In this document: positions 10,856 to 19,121 of the stretch, piece by piece
Numbering within the stretch: position 1 is the first letter of the stretch
How the letters are laid out: every line of letters begins with the position of its first letter
Assembly: GCF_000306885.1 (NCBI RefSeq)
Contig: NC_018267.1
Location: forward strand, 690,001-722,000
Direction: 5' to 3'
DNA from: Wolbachia endosymbiont of Onchocerca ochengi
Lineage (GTDB): Bacteria; Pseudomonadota; Alphaproteobacteria; Rickettsiales; Anaplasmataceae
Length of the DNA stretch: 32,000 nt
Made by a program: the position numbers and the translations under genes
Notes under the pieces: generated by a model
Told to the model about the DNA's origin: nothing
The model's database searches: none
What the model saw: only the letters and a program-made list of their open reading frames with translations

Positions 10856-11128
10856 TTATTTTCTAATGCCTAACTTCTCTATCAACTCCTGGTAGGTTTT
10901 ATCACCAAACTTGCGCTTTATATAATTTAAGTGCTTGCGTCTCCTACCTATTAATATAAGCAAACCACGCTTGGAGTGATGGTCATGCTTGTGCACTTTA
11001 AAATGTTCAGTCAAGTTACTGATCCTTTCGGTTAAGATTGCACATTGTACAAAAGACGAACCTGTATCATTTTCCTTGATTGAATATACATTTATTAAAT
11101 TCCTTTTCTTTTCAGATGTTATTGACAT
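10856..11128 (-). CDS. rpsO: 30S ribosomal protein S15
   Basis: 90 aa with the HLKxHKHDHHSRRGLL-type motif ([16 protein letters not shown]). It sits in truB-rpsO-pnp order. Confidence 0.93.
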   Translation of the reverse strand: MSITSEKKRNLINVYSIKENDTGSSFVQCAILTERISNLTEHFKVHKHDHHSKRGLLILIGRRRKHLNYIKRKFGDKTYQELIEKLGIRK

Positions 11129-11140
11129 CCAAACCTCATT

Positions 11141-12007
11141 TTAAATGTTAAAAAGACGAATAGGCTTTACATAACCATACGCAAAACTACAAATTGCAAT
11201 AGGCATATTACCCATTACCACACAAAAGGTATCATAATTCTTTAACTTGAGCAAATTATTTAATACGATTACTTGACCTTTTCTAATTTTGCTTGCTTCT
11301 TCTGTAGAAATTTCAACCTTGAACATTGACTCTAGGATAGATCCGATAGGGATAACTTTATCTTTTTTGGTCAATTGTTCAATTATCACTGACTCAGCTT
11401 CTCTAAAATTACCTACCATAGTCCTTCTTAATTTTGTAATATGTCCAAAGCAATTTAATGCAATCCCAAGATCTCTTGCAATTGATCTTACATATACACC
11501 ACTACCACACATCATAGAAAAATTAGCACTATTATTTGTAGTGTTAACAGAAATTAATTTCAGTTCATATATTTGCACTAAGCGAGGCCTTATATTTGCT
11601 TTTTGTCCGTTTCTCGCTAATTTATACGCCCTTGTTCCATTGATTTTTACTGCTGAAAATTGAGGAGGAGTCTGTGCTATCTTACCAACAAAGTTCTTGA
11701 TAGCGCAATTTATTTGATCATATTTAGGTTCCATATTGCTGGTCTTAGTAATATCACCATCCGCATCGTCTGTAGTTCTTTGTTCACCCCACTTTACTGT
11801 GAAGTCATATACTTTTGAATCATAAAATAAATACGGTATAGTTTTTGTTGCCTCGCCAAGGGCAATTGGTAATACACCTGAAGCTAAAGGGTCAAGCGTT
11901 CCTAAATGACCAGCTTTTTTAATTCCAAATATCCTTTTAACTTGTGCTACTGCTTGCGCAGAGCTAATTCCTATTGGTTTATCAAGATTCAGCCAGCCAT
12001 GTATCAT
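11141..12007 (-). CDS. truB: tRNA pseudouridine(55) synthase
   Basis: 288 aa with the catalytic-Asp motif GHLGTLDPLASGVLP. Confidence 0.9.
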   Translation of the reverse strand: MIHGWLNLDKPIGISSAQAVAQVKRIFGIKKAGHLGTLDPLASGVLPIALGEATKTIPYLFYDSKVYDFTVKWGEQRTTDDADGDITKTSNMEPKYDQINCAIKNFVGKIAQTPPQFSAVKINGTRAYKLARNGQKANIRPRLVQIYELKLISVNTTNNSANFSMMCGSGVYVRSIARDLGIALNCFGHITKLRRTMVGNFREAESVIIEQLTKKDKVIPIGSILESMFKVEISTEEASKIRKGQVIVLNNLLKLKNYDTFCVVMGNMPIAICSFAYGYVKPIRLFNI

Positions 12008-12039
12008 ACACTAATTGTACATGATTGAATCTCGGTCAG

Positions 12040-12059
12040 TAATAATAATAATAATAATA
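12040..12059. repeat. (TAA)n trinucleotide microsatellite, about 6.7 units
   Basis: taataataataataataata is read directly from the sequence in the truB-upstream spacer. Confidence 0.85.
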
Positions 12060-12105
12060 GTTTAGGAAGCAGATTTGGTTATCATTAAACTATTATAAAT
12101 AAAGC

Positions 12106-12134
12106 TTGACTAACATGTGTCGTTAGTATAAAAT
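12106..12134 (+). promoter_or_regulatory. putative sigma-70 promoter of the orphan membrane protein gene
   Basis: TTGACT (12106-12111), a 17-nt spacer, then TAAAAT (12129-12134). It is 35 nt upstream of the ATG, and a GAGGGAG SD sits at 12155-12161. The spacer contains the dyad ACTAAC-N7-GTTAGT. Confidence 0.4.
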
Positions 12135-12168
12135 TAACTTTTATTAACTTTAATTAGAGGGAGTTATT

Positions 12169-12882
12169 ATGACTACAAAACCAAATGTATGGAAATGGAA
12201 AAACACTGTATCTGTAACAAAAACAAGCATCGAAGGTGTAATTGTAGTTACATCTTTAGCAGCGGCAATAACAACAGTATTAGTTGCTACTAATGTAATT
12301 GCTGGACCTGCATTTTTAGCATCTGTTTCCAACCCTGTTGGAATTGCAGCTTTATTTATCATTACTGCATATTTTACTGTGAAAACTATTTCTTCGTATC
12401 AGCAAATGTATGCAATGGAGGGAGTTCAAGGTAAAGCTGGTAAAGATGGTAAGGATGCAAACTTTGCTGTTCTTATTGGCGATTCAGTAAAGAGTGGTGA
12501 AATTGTTGAAAAAAAGGTTCAAGAAACAGATGGTAGATACACTCAGCAGTTATTTCTGGTACTTCCAATTAATGACTATAAAGCATTAGCAGGAGATGAT
12601 AAAAAAGCAGTTCATGTATTGTTAGCGGGTAAAAAGGTTGAAGTTGAACTTGCACATGTAGATCCTAAAGATGATGCTAGTGAGTATAAAGTGAAAGTAG
12701 CTAAGGTAGGTGGTAAAGATCAACTTGCTGATATGAAAACAGAGTTAGGTATGAGTAATTCTAATTTACTAAGAGTTGCAGTAAGTAATCAAGATCTGAA
12801 AGCTTTAAAAGCTAATGTATCAGCTAAGCTAGCAGATATTGCGGTAGAGGCAGCTATAGAAAAAGCTGGGAAAGTAGCTTAA
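12169..12882 (+). CDS. hypothetical membrane protein (two N-terminal TM helices plus a charged soluble domain)
   Basis: 237 aa with a strong SD, a near-consensus promoter and a strong terminator. Hydrophobic stretches lie at about aa 23-50 and 56-74. There is a short Gly-X-Y run (GVQGKAGKDGKD). Confidence 0.7.
   Translation: MTTKPNVWKWKNTVSVTKTSIEGVIVVTSLAAAITTVLVATNVIAGPAFLASVSNPVGIAALFIITAYFTVKTISSYQQMYAMEGVQGKAGKDGKDANFAVLIGDSVKSGEIVEKKVQETDGRYTQQLFLVLPINDYKALAGDDKKAVHVLLAGKKVEVELAHVDPKDDASEYKVKVAKVGGKDQLADMKTELGMSNSNLLRVAVSNQDLKALKANVSAKLADIAVEAAIEKAGKVA
12430..12456 (+). repeat. 3 tandem copies of a 9-bp unit (GGTAAAGCT/GGTAAAGAT/GGTAAGGAT) encoding GKA-GKD-GKD
   Basis: Read directly from the sequence, inside the 12169-12882 CDS. 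Confidence 0.8.
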
Positions 12883-12892
12883 TTAAGGTCAG

Positions 12893-12934
12893 GAAGTGAA
12901 GAGGCAAAGGTGCTGTCTCTTCACTTCTTGTTTT
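12893..12934 (+). terminator. rho-independent terminator
   Basis: A perfect 11-bp stem, GAAGTGAAGAG (12893-12903) / CTCTTCACTTC (12917-12927). It is followed by TTGTTTT, 10 nt after the stop codon. Confidence 0.7.
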
Positions 12935-13169
12935 AAAATAAAAACTCACAATAATTTACCTCAAATTTCAACTATGTCCTTATTAAAATCTATATCTAAC
13001 ATCCTTCTATGATATTACTCTGGTGCTCCTCTACGATGTAATCTCAATGCCCAGATACTTGAGATTCAGGAAAGTTTACTGGCTTACAAGCAAGCTGATT
13101 TTGGTAAGTATAAAAGGTAGCTGATCTTATATTAAGATACAAAACATTTTTGATAATTATGAAAAGCTA

Positions 13170-13200
13170 GATTTCATTGTTACACGCTGGAATGACAACG
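13170..13200. repeat. decayed copy of the palindromic element core (CGCTGGAATGAC)
   Basis: TCATTgttacaCGCTGGAATGAc. The right arm matches the GCGCTGGAAT core seen in murF and pepP. The left arm keeps only TCATT. Confidence 0.3.
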
Positions 13201-13537
13201 TTTAGTGTAAAAGCAGATGTTTGTGCATAAATTGCTTTAGCTATAAATATTTGAGAAGTTTACTAAATAAAAAAGGCAAAAACCTCTGTGAGGTGAATAG
13301 TTGTTTACTATCTAATTCTGCAATTTAGTGTTTTATGATGTTTTAACTGTTTTACAGTTTACATAAGTAAAATTTTTATTAAGACATAAGATGTATATAG
13401 TATAAAAACTAAACATAAAACGCAAATTGCGTGATATTTTATCATTTTAATCTTCATAGATTTAAGATAACTGGATGCTTTATTATTAGAGATGAAAGCT
13501 GGCAAAATTTATCAAGTAGTTTTTTTATTTCTATCAG

Positions 13538-14737
13538 TTACTTGTACATATTTAAGGTGTTCTTCTTGTAGATATCGTACCAACAATCTACTATTTTTTT
13601 TATGTCTTGTGGTTTATTTTGCGGACCTATGCTGATCCTAACTGAACAGTTTGCTTGCTCTTTTGTTGCTCCCATTGCAAGTAACACATAAGAAGGCTCA
13701 ATTTTTCCAGAAGAGCATGCAGAGCCATTACTAACCGCAATGTTATTTAAATCAAAATGCATGAGCTGTACATCACTCTTCACTCCTGGCATATAAACGA
13801 AACTTGTATTTGGCAGTCTTTTAGAGTTTTTACCAAAGATTTTGATGCTGCTAACGAGATTCAATAACTTACTTTCTAATTGATCACGTAGTTTCTTAAT
13901 TTCATTCATTTTTGATAGAAGATCTGGAACACTTTGTAATGCAGCAGAAAGACCTGCAATTGCAACAACGTTTTCTGTACCACCACGCAATCCTTTTTCT
14001 TGCCCACCACCTACTATTATAGGTTTTATCGTAAGGTTTTTATTGAATACTAGAACCCCACTACCTGCTATACCACCAAATTTATGAGCAGATAAAGTGA
14101 GTAAATCTACTCCTAAATTTTCCATGTTAACTTTAATTTTTCCAACACTTTGAGCAGCATCAGTGTGACAAATTGCTCCAAATTTATGAGCTATTTCAGC
14201 TATTTCCCTAATAGGTTGAACAACTCCAGTTTCATTATTAGCCATCATAACTGAAACTATTACTTTATTTCCCTTAAGTTTGCTTAGGATTTTTTCTAGC
14301 TCCAAAAGATCAATGATACCTTCTTGATTAACTGGTATTATGTGTGGGTTATGTGCAGAATTAAGAATTGAAGGATGCTCTATAGCTGAAACTACATACT
14401 GAAAGCCTGTTACTCCTCGCATGACGAGGTTGTTTGCTTCAGTTGCGCCAGATGTAAAAACTATTTCCTTGTCGCTTGAAACATCAATAATACCACACAC
14501 GGCATCTCTTGCATCCTGAAGGATTTTTCTTGTTTCTTGTCCTTTTCTATGTAATGAAGAAGGATTCAGAATCTGTTTTGACAAGACTTCAAGTATGCTT
14601 TTTCTCACACCATCACTAATCGGAGAAGTCGCATTATAGTCAGCATATATATAATTACTATTTTCTAAAAAAAATGAACTTAAAGGTTTATTTGTCACTG
14701 AATTGTAAAGACTTCTTTTATCATTAAAACTATACAT
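13538..14737 (-). CDS. cysteine desulfurase family protein (NifS/IscS-like, PLP-dependent)
   Basis: 399 aa with the PLP-lysine motif SAHKFGG and the active-site Cys loop SNGSACSSG. Confidence 0.88.
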   Translation of the reverse strand: MYSFNDKRSLYNSVTNKPLSSFFLENSNYIYADYNATSPISDGVRKSILEVLSKQILNPSSLHRKGQETRKILQDARDAVCGIIDVSSDKEIVFTSGATEANNLVMRGVTGFQYVVSAIEHPSILNSAHNPHIIPVNQEGIIDLLELEKILSKLKGNKVIVSVMMANNETGVVQPIREIAEIAHKFGAICHTDAAQSVGKIKVNMENLGVDLLTLSAHKFGGIAGSGVLVFNKNLTIKPIIVGGGQEKGLRGGTENVVAIAGLSAALQSVPDLLSKMNEIKKLRDQLESKLLNLVSSIKIFGKNSKRLPNTSFVYMPGVKSDVQLMHFDLNNIAVSNGSACSSGKIEPSYVLLAMGATKEQANCSVRISIGPQNKPQDIKKIVDCWYDIYKKNTLNMYK

Positions 14738-14830
14738 ATTTGCTTTAACATAACAAAAGCTTGTTGCAAAAATAGTAAGATTAATACATAATTAATATAT
14801 TTATTAAATAGGTTTTTATTAGGAGTAAAA

Positions 14831-15529
14831 GTGGTAGAGGTTTTTTTGAATAATGCAACAAAAAAGATAGAAGGTGAGTATTACCAGAGCAAAAACGCTA
14901 ATGCACCAGTTGTATTAATTTTACATCATCATCCCCAATATGGGGGAAATATGGATAATAAAATGATACATGGCATATATACATCTTTTATTGATAACAA
15001 TTTTTCTGCATTGAAAATTAACTTTCGTGGTGTCGGAAAATCCACTGGAACTTTTGATAAGGGAATAGGAGAATTAACTGACGCTGCAGTAGCGATTGAT
15101 TGGCTTCAAGAACATAATCCTAGCAATGTTCCAATCTGGGTTGCTGGGTTTTCTTTTGGAGCATGGGTAGCTATGCAGCTAACGATGCGCCGACCTGAAA
15201 TAGTAGGTTTCATTGCTCTTTCTCTTCCAGCGACTAAATATGATTTCTCTTTTCTTTCCCCCTGTCCAGTTCCTGGGCTCATAGTACAAAGCAGCAATGA
15301 TACAATTTCAGAAGAAAGTGATGTAACGGAACTAACAAAAAGATTGATGAGCTCAGTAAAAAGTGACCATATGGAGTATCATGTAATAGATAATACTAAT
15401 CATTTCTTAAGAGATAAAGAAGAGGAGGTGGTTCAAATCATAGATGATTATATAAAACTACGCTTAAATAGTGCGGCTATTTCTCTCCAAAAAGTAAGAA
15501 GAGAGGTAAAAATAAAAGAGTGTATCTAA
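14831..15529 (+). CDS. alpha/beta-fold hydrolase
   Basis: 232 aa with a GTG start and an AGGAG 5 nt upstream. It has a nucleophile elbow GFSFG and a C-terminal NHF (His) motif. Confidence 0.75.
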   Translation: MVEVFLNNATKKIEGEYYQSKNANAPVVLILHHHPQYGGNMDNKMIHGIYTSFIDNNFSALKINFRGVGKSTGTFDKGIGELTDAAVAIDWLQEHNPSNVPIWVAGFSFGAWVAMQLTMRRPEIVGFIALSLPATKYDFSFLSPCPVPGLIVQSSNDTISEESDVTELTKRLMSSVKSDHMEYHVIDNTNHFLRDKEEEVVQIIDDYIKLRLNSAAISLQKVRREVKIKECI

Positions 15530-15581
15530 TCTTTACAAATTAGGAAAATAAGTGTAGTAATATAAGCAAGGAGATTCTGTT

Positions 15582-15755
15582 GTGTTTAGAAAATTGTTAT
15601 TTCTTGTTTTAATTACATTGATGGTATCAGGTTGTCTCTTAAATAAGCCACGTAAGTTAAAAAGTCCGTGTATCAGGAGTAATGAGAATACTTCATGTGA
15701 GCTATATTCTGTTAACGATCATTGGCTAAGCAAATACAAAGCAAATAGATCATAG
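15582..15755 (+). CDS. small putative lipoprotein (57 aa), absent from the ORF track
   Basis: A GTG start lies 8 nt after AAGGAG (15568-15573). The product is VFRKLLFLVLITLMVSGC..., with an n-region bearing R/K, a hydrophobic core and a lipobox V-S-G-C. The mature part is about 40 aa with 2 further Cys. Confidence 0.55.
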   Translation: MFRKLLFLVLITLMVSGCLLNKPRKLKSPCIRSNENTSCELYSVNDHWLSKYKANRS

Positions 15756-15772
15756 TTCTATATTATATTTCC

Positions 15773-16447
15773 TTACAATTTTACTAAAGAGCCATTTTTT
15801 AGTTGTAAAATATGGTCTGCCCTTTCTGCAAGGAGATGGTTGTGTGTTACTATAAGCATAGAACTATTATTTTCCTTTATATGTGAACGTAGCAACAAAA
15901 ACACGTTCAAAGAATTTGTTAGATCTAAATTCCCTGTTGGTTCATCTGCAAGTAAAAGCTTTGGAGAATTTACAATGCTTCTTGCAATTGCAATTCTTTG
16001 CCTTTCTCCACCAGAAATTTCAGATATCATACTATTCGCTTTATTCTCTAGGCTAAATTTTTCCAATATTGTTTGTGCACTTTTCATTGCTTTAGCTTTA
16101 CTTTTTCCTGCAATAAGCTGAGGAAGCATAATATTTTCTAATACCGATAGTTCTTGCAGCAAATAATGAAATTGATAAACAAAGCTAAGAAAATTTCTTC
16201 TTATATGAGTTCTATATTTATCGCTGGCTTGTGTGCAATTTACTCCACCTATTGCCACTATACCTGAAGTTGGCTTATCTAGTAAACCTGCAATTTGCAA
16301 TATAGTTGTTTTTCCTGATCCTGAGCTGCCAATTAATGCAACTACTTGCCCTTTTGTAATCCTTAGGTTGATATTTTCTATGATAACAAAACTCTTTTTG
16401 AAGCTTTTACATATAGAAATTAGCTCTAGTACTATATCACTACTCAT
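15773..16447 (-). CDS. lolD: lipoprotein-releasing system ATP-binding protein
   Basis: 224 aa with Walker A GSSGSGKTT, signature SGGERQR and Walker B LLLADEPTGNLD. It also has the LolD-type YQFHYLL..LSVLEN motif. Confidence 0.85.
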   Translation of the reverse strand: MSSDIVLELISICKSFKKSFVIIENINLRITKGQVVALIGSSGSGKTTILQIAGLLDKPTSGIVAIGGVNCTQASDKYRTHIRRNFLSFVYQFHYLLQELSVLENIMLPQLIAGKSKAKAMKSAQTILEKFSLENKANSMISEISGGERQRIAIARSIVNSPKLLLADEPTGNLDLTNSLNVFLLLRSHIKENNSSMLIVTHNHLLAERADHILQLKNGSLVKL

Positions 16448-16487
16448 GTTTAAGGACCCAGCAGTTATTTAAATTCTGGTAGAGTAA

Positions 16488-16964
16488 TTAAATTGAGAAA
16501 CTACTACCACAACCACATTTAGACTTAGCAAGAACATTGTTTACTTGAAAACCGGAACCACTTAGATTCTCAGTATAATCTATAACTGAGTTATTTAAAA
16601 ACTTTGCTGAGCAATTATCAATCATTAATACAGGTTTTCCATTTTTATCATTAACTACTATGTCTTTACTTTTTCCACTAAACTTAAAGCGTTCTTTATG
16701 GTCTTCGCTATCCTCATAATTATCATTATCATCGTCATCATCATCAAACTCATCGTTATAATCATCATCGTCATTACCTAAAGATAGATTTTTATTTATT
16801 TGATCCATAAGAAAATTGTACTTGAAGCCAGAACACCCACCACCTGAAATTGCAACTCGTAAAACAGAGTTTTTATCTTTTTCTTGTTCTATAAGAGAGT
16901 AAATTTTCCTTAATGCACTATCAGTTAAGTTAATATTGTAACTTATTGACATAATCATTACCAC
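16488..16964 (-). CDS. iron-sulfur cluster insertion protein (HesB/IscA/ErpA family) with an acidic insertion
   Basis: It has the GGGCSGF motif and the C-terminal CGCGSSF motif. The start is ambiguous (GTG 16964, ATG 16958 or ATG 16952). About 45 aa of D/E/N-rich insert lies mid-protein. Confidence 0.8.
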   Translation of the reverse strand: MVMIMSISYNINLTDSALRKIYSLIEQEKDKNSVLRVAISGGGCSGFKYNFLMDQINKNLSLGNDDDDYNDEFDDDDDDNDNYEDSEDHKERFKFSGKSKDIVVNDKNGKPVLMIDNCSAKFLNNSVIDYTENLSGSGFQVNNVLAKSKCGCGSSFSI

Positions 16965-16999
16965 TTATTATTAATAGCTTATTATAGTAGAAATTTTAC

Positions 17000-18199
17000 A
17001 TGTCAAACAATAATTTTCTGTTAAGTTATGCATGTCTTCCACACAAGACAAGGGGAAGGTATTTCAAAGAATTGGAAGATGAAAATCGCAGTTGCTTTCA
17101 GCGTGATAGGGATCGTATTATACACTCTAATGCACTTAGGAAATTAGGTTACAAAACACAAGTTTTTATTAATTATGGAAACGATTATTATCGCACACGA
17201 CTTACTCATAGCCTTGAAGTTGCACAAGTTGCAAGATCTATTGCACGTAGGCTCGGTTTAGACGAAGATATTACTGAATGCATAGCACTTGCACATGATC
17301 TTGGTCATCCCCCATTTGCTCACACAGGTGAAAATGCTCTAAAAAAATCAGTTCAAAATTTGAATCTTGATAATGAAAAATATGAATTTGACCATAATGT
17401 TCAAGCTATAAGGATTTTGACTCATCTTGAAAAAAAACATGCTGACTTTGATGGTATGAACCTAAGCTGGGAAGTAATTGAAGGAGTTGCAAAACATAAT
17501 GGTCCTCTGCTTGGTCAGAATGCAGTATTTCGTACAAATAATCAACTATTGTTAGAATATAATGAAAAATATGATTTAAAACTCGAAAAATTTTCAAGTA
17601 TCGAAGCACAAGTTGCCTCAATTGCCGATGACATCGCATACAGTGTTCATGACCTTGATGATGCATTGAGAGGAAATTTGGTAACCGTAGGAGATCTGCT
17701 TGATATTCCTTTAATTGGGAAAATATTTAAAGATATAAAAAGTAAATATTCAGAGTTATCTCAAAATAAGTTGATACATGAGTCACTCAGTAAAGCTATA
17801 GGAATTATGATAAGTGACGTTGTTTTTTGGACTAAAAAAAACATTAAGGATTGTAAAATAGAAAGTGTAGAAGACGCGAGAAGTTTAAATAAGATGTTAG
17901 TTATATTCTCACCAGAAGTTGCAAACGCTATAGAAGAAATAAAAAAATTTAATATAGAAAAAATATATAAAAGCTATAAACTTAATAGAACGATGAATAA
18001 AGCAAAACGTATAGTACAAGAGCTTTTTCAATGTTTTTATGATAATCCGGAACTATTGCCTATAGAGTGGGGTAGGCTCGCTTATGAATTTGAGCGTTCA
18101 GTAGTAATATGTGACTATATCTCTGGTATGACAGATAGATTTGCCATACATGAACACAGAAGAATTTTTGACACCTCATACGAAATGACCTCTTTCTAA
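17000..18199 (+). CDS. deoxyguanosinetriphosphate triphosphohydrolase-like protein (HD domain)
   Basis: 399 aa with RTRLTHSLEV...AHDLGHPPFAH HD motifs and the C-terminal DYISGMTD motif. Confidence 0.88.
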   Translation: MSNNNFLLSYACLPHKTRGRYFKELEDENRSCFQRDRDRIIHSNALRKLGYKTQVFINYGNDYYRTRLTHSLEVAQVARSIARRLGLDEDITECIALAHDLGHPPFAHTGENALKKSVQNLNLDNEKYEFDHNVQAIRILTHLEKKHADFDGMNLSWEVIEGVAKHNGPLLGQNAVFRTNNQLLLEYNEKYDLKLEKFSSIEAQVASIADDIAYSVHDLDDALRGNLVTVGDLLDIPLIGKIFKDIKSKYSELSQNKLIHESLSKAIGIMISDVVFWTKKNIKDCKIESVEDARSLNKMLVIFSPEVANAIEEIKKFNIEKIYKSYKLNRTMNKAKRIVQELFQCFYDNPELLPIEWGRLAYEFERSVVICDYISGMTDRFAIHEHRRIFDTSYEMTSF

Positions 18200-18202
18200 T
18201 GG

Positions 18203-18396
18203 CAGATGACTATTTTGTATTGATAGCACTGAAGCTTATGCAAAGCGAAAGATTTGGGTATAACGATTACTTTCTTAGCAATCAATACTGGTTGTTATTA
18301 TTGCTACCGCTAAAGATGCAAGTGCAACTATACCTTCAATACTAATTTTTGTTATGTATACTGTGTTTCTCCGCTTCTATATATGTTTTTATTTAT
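18203..18396 (-). pseudogene. decayed 5' fragment of a paralog of the 12169-12882 membrane protein gene
   Basis: The reverse complement aligns by eye with 12163-12330. GTTATTATaAaTAaAAAAcAtATaTAtaGAAgcGGAgAAACACaGTAT matches GTTATTATGACTACAAAACCAAATGTATGGAAATGGAAAAACACTGTAT. The ATG is changed to ATA. The translation NTVYITKISIEGIVALASLAVAIITTSIDC* compares with NTVSVTKTSIEGVIVVTSLAAAITTVLVAT. Confidence 0.55.
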
Positions 18397-19065
18397 AATA
18401 ACCTTTAATAGACCTCTTTTTAATTGAGTTTAATAATAAATTAAACATGCTAGATGTTAGCATACATAATCAAGCTATTTTTTTTTGCAAATATAATTTC
18501 TAGCATAGATCTGTTTTCTAAACTGCTAATAACTATAAACAGCTGGCTGAATTTTAATAAACCAATAACCATGCAAGTAGGCTGAGAGAATTTTGAAATC
18601 ATGGCTATACCACAATTGTGCGAGCAACTATATTTTTTGCAACTAACTTTCAGCTATTTATAGCTAAGAAATCTACTAAATTGGAAAAAATAAAAAAATA
18701 TTAGTTAATATCTATTTGAAAGTGTTAGCATTTTTTATATTTTTAAACGTTTAATAGTCGCAATTTAGCTAATTTAAATATCTTTCTAAAATTTTTAGCT
18801 TTTAATATTAAAGATTTATTAAATGGAGAATGAAGATGAAAGGAATCCCATAATAGCTAGTTATTCTTCTGGTTTTATGAGCTGATGTTTTATACTTTCT
18901 TGAACGCTTTCGTTGTTCAATTTGCACAGATTGAAGATAATTAAATACCTTTATTATCATAATAAAGAAGTTGGTAGAATTTGTTAAATGGTCTTCAGTC
19001 TTATTTCTATGATTGAAAAAGTATGGATGTCTGTTAGTTACTTAGATACTGAATTATTATAAAAT

Positions 19066-19092
19066 TTGACATTCATTGCTGATGACTAGAAT
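19066..19092 (+). promoter_or_regulatory. possible sigma-70 promoter upstream of mnmG
   Basis: TTGACA (19066-19071) and TAGAAT (19087-19092). The spacer is only 15 nt, which is suboptimal. Confidence 0.25.
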
Positions 19093-19121
19093 ATTAGCAG
19101 AGTAAAATTACTTAAGAAAGT

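Noticed and set aside
12150-12362. A 70-aa minus-strand ORF overlapping the start of the orphan membrane protein gene.
   Set aside because: The + strand ORF is three times longer and has its own promoter, SD and terminator. The minus-strand ORF has none of these.
13060-13090. An AGGAAAGT motif reminiscent of the RNase P RNA conserved GAGGAAAGTCC box.
   Set aside because: The match stops after 8 nt (…AGGAAAGTTTACTGG). None of the other universally conserved RNase P blocks is visible nearby.
18200-19121. A possible replication origin, because mnmG (gidA) classically neighbours oriC.
   Set aside because: I found only one weak DnaA-box-like site (TATACCACA, about 18606) and no cluster. To my knowledge, published origin predictions for Wolbachia-like genomes place oriC at a different locus. 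Part of the spacer is explained by the paralog relic.
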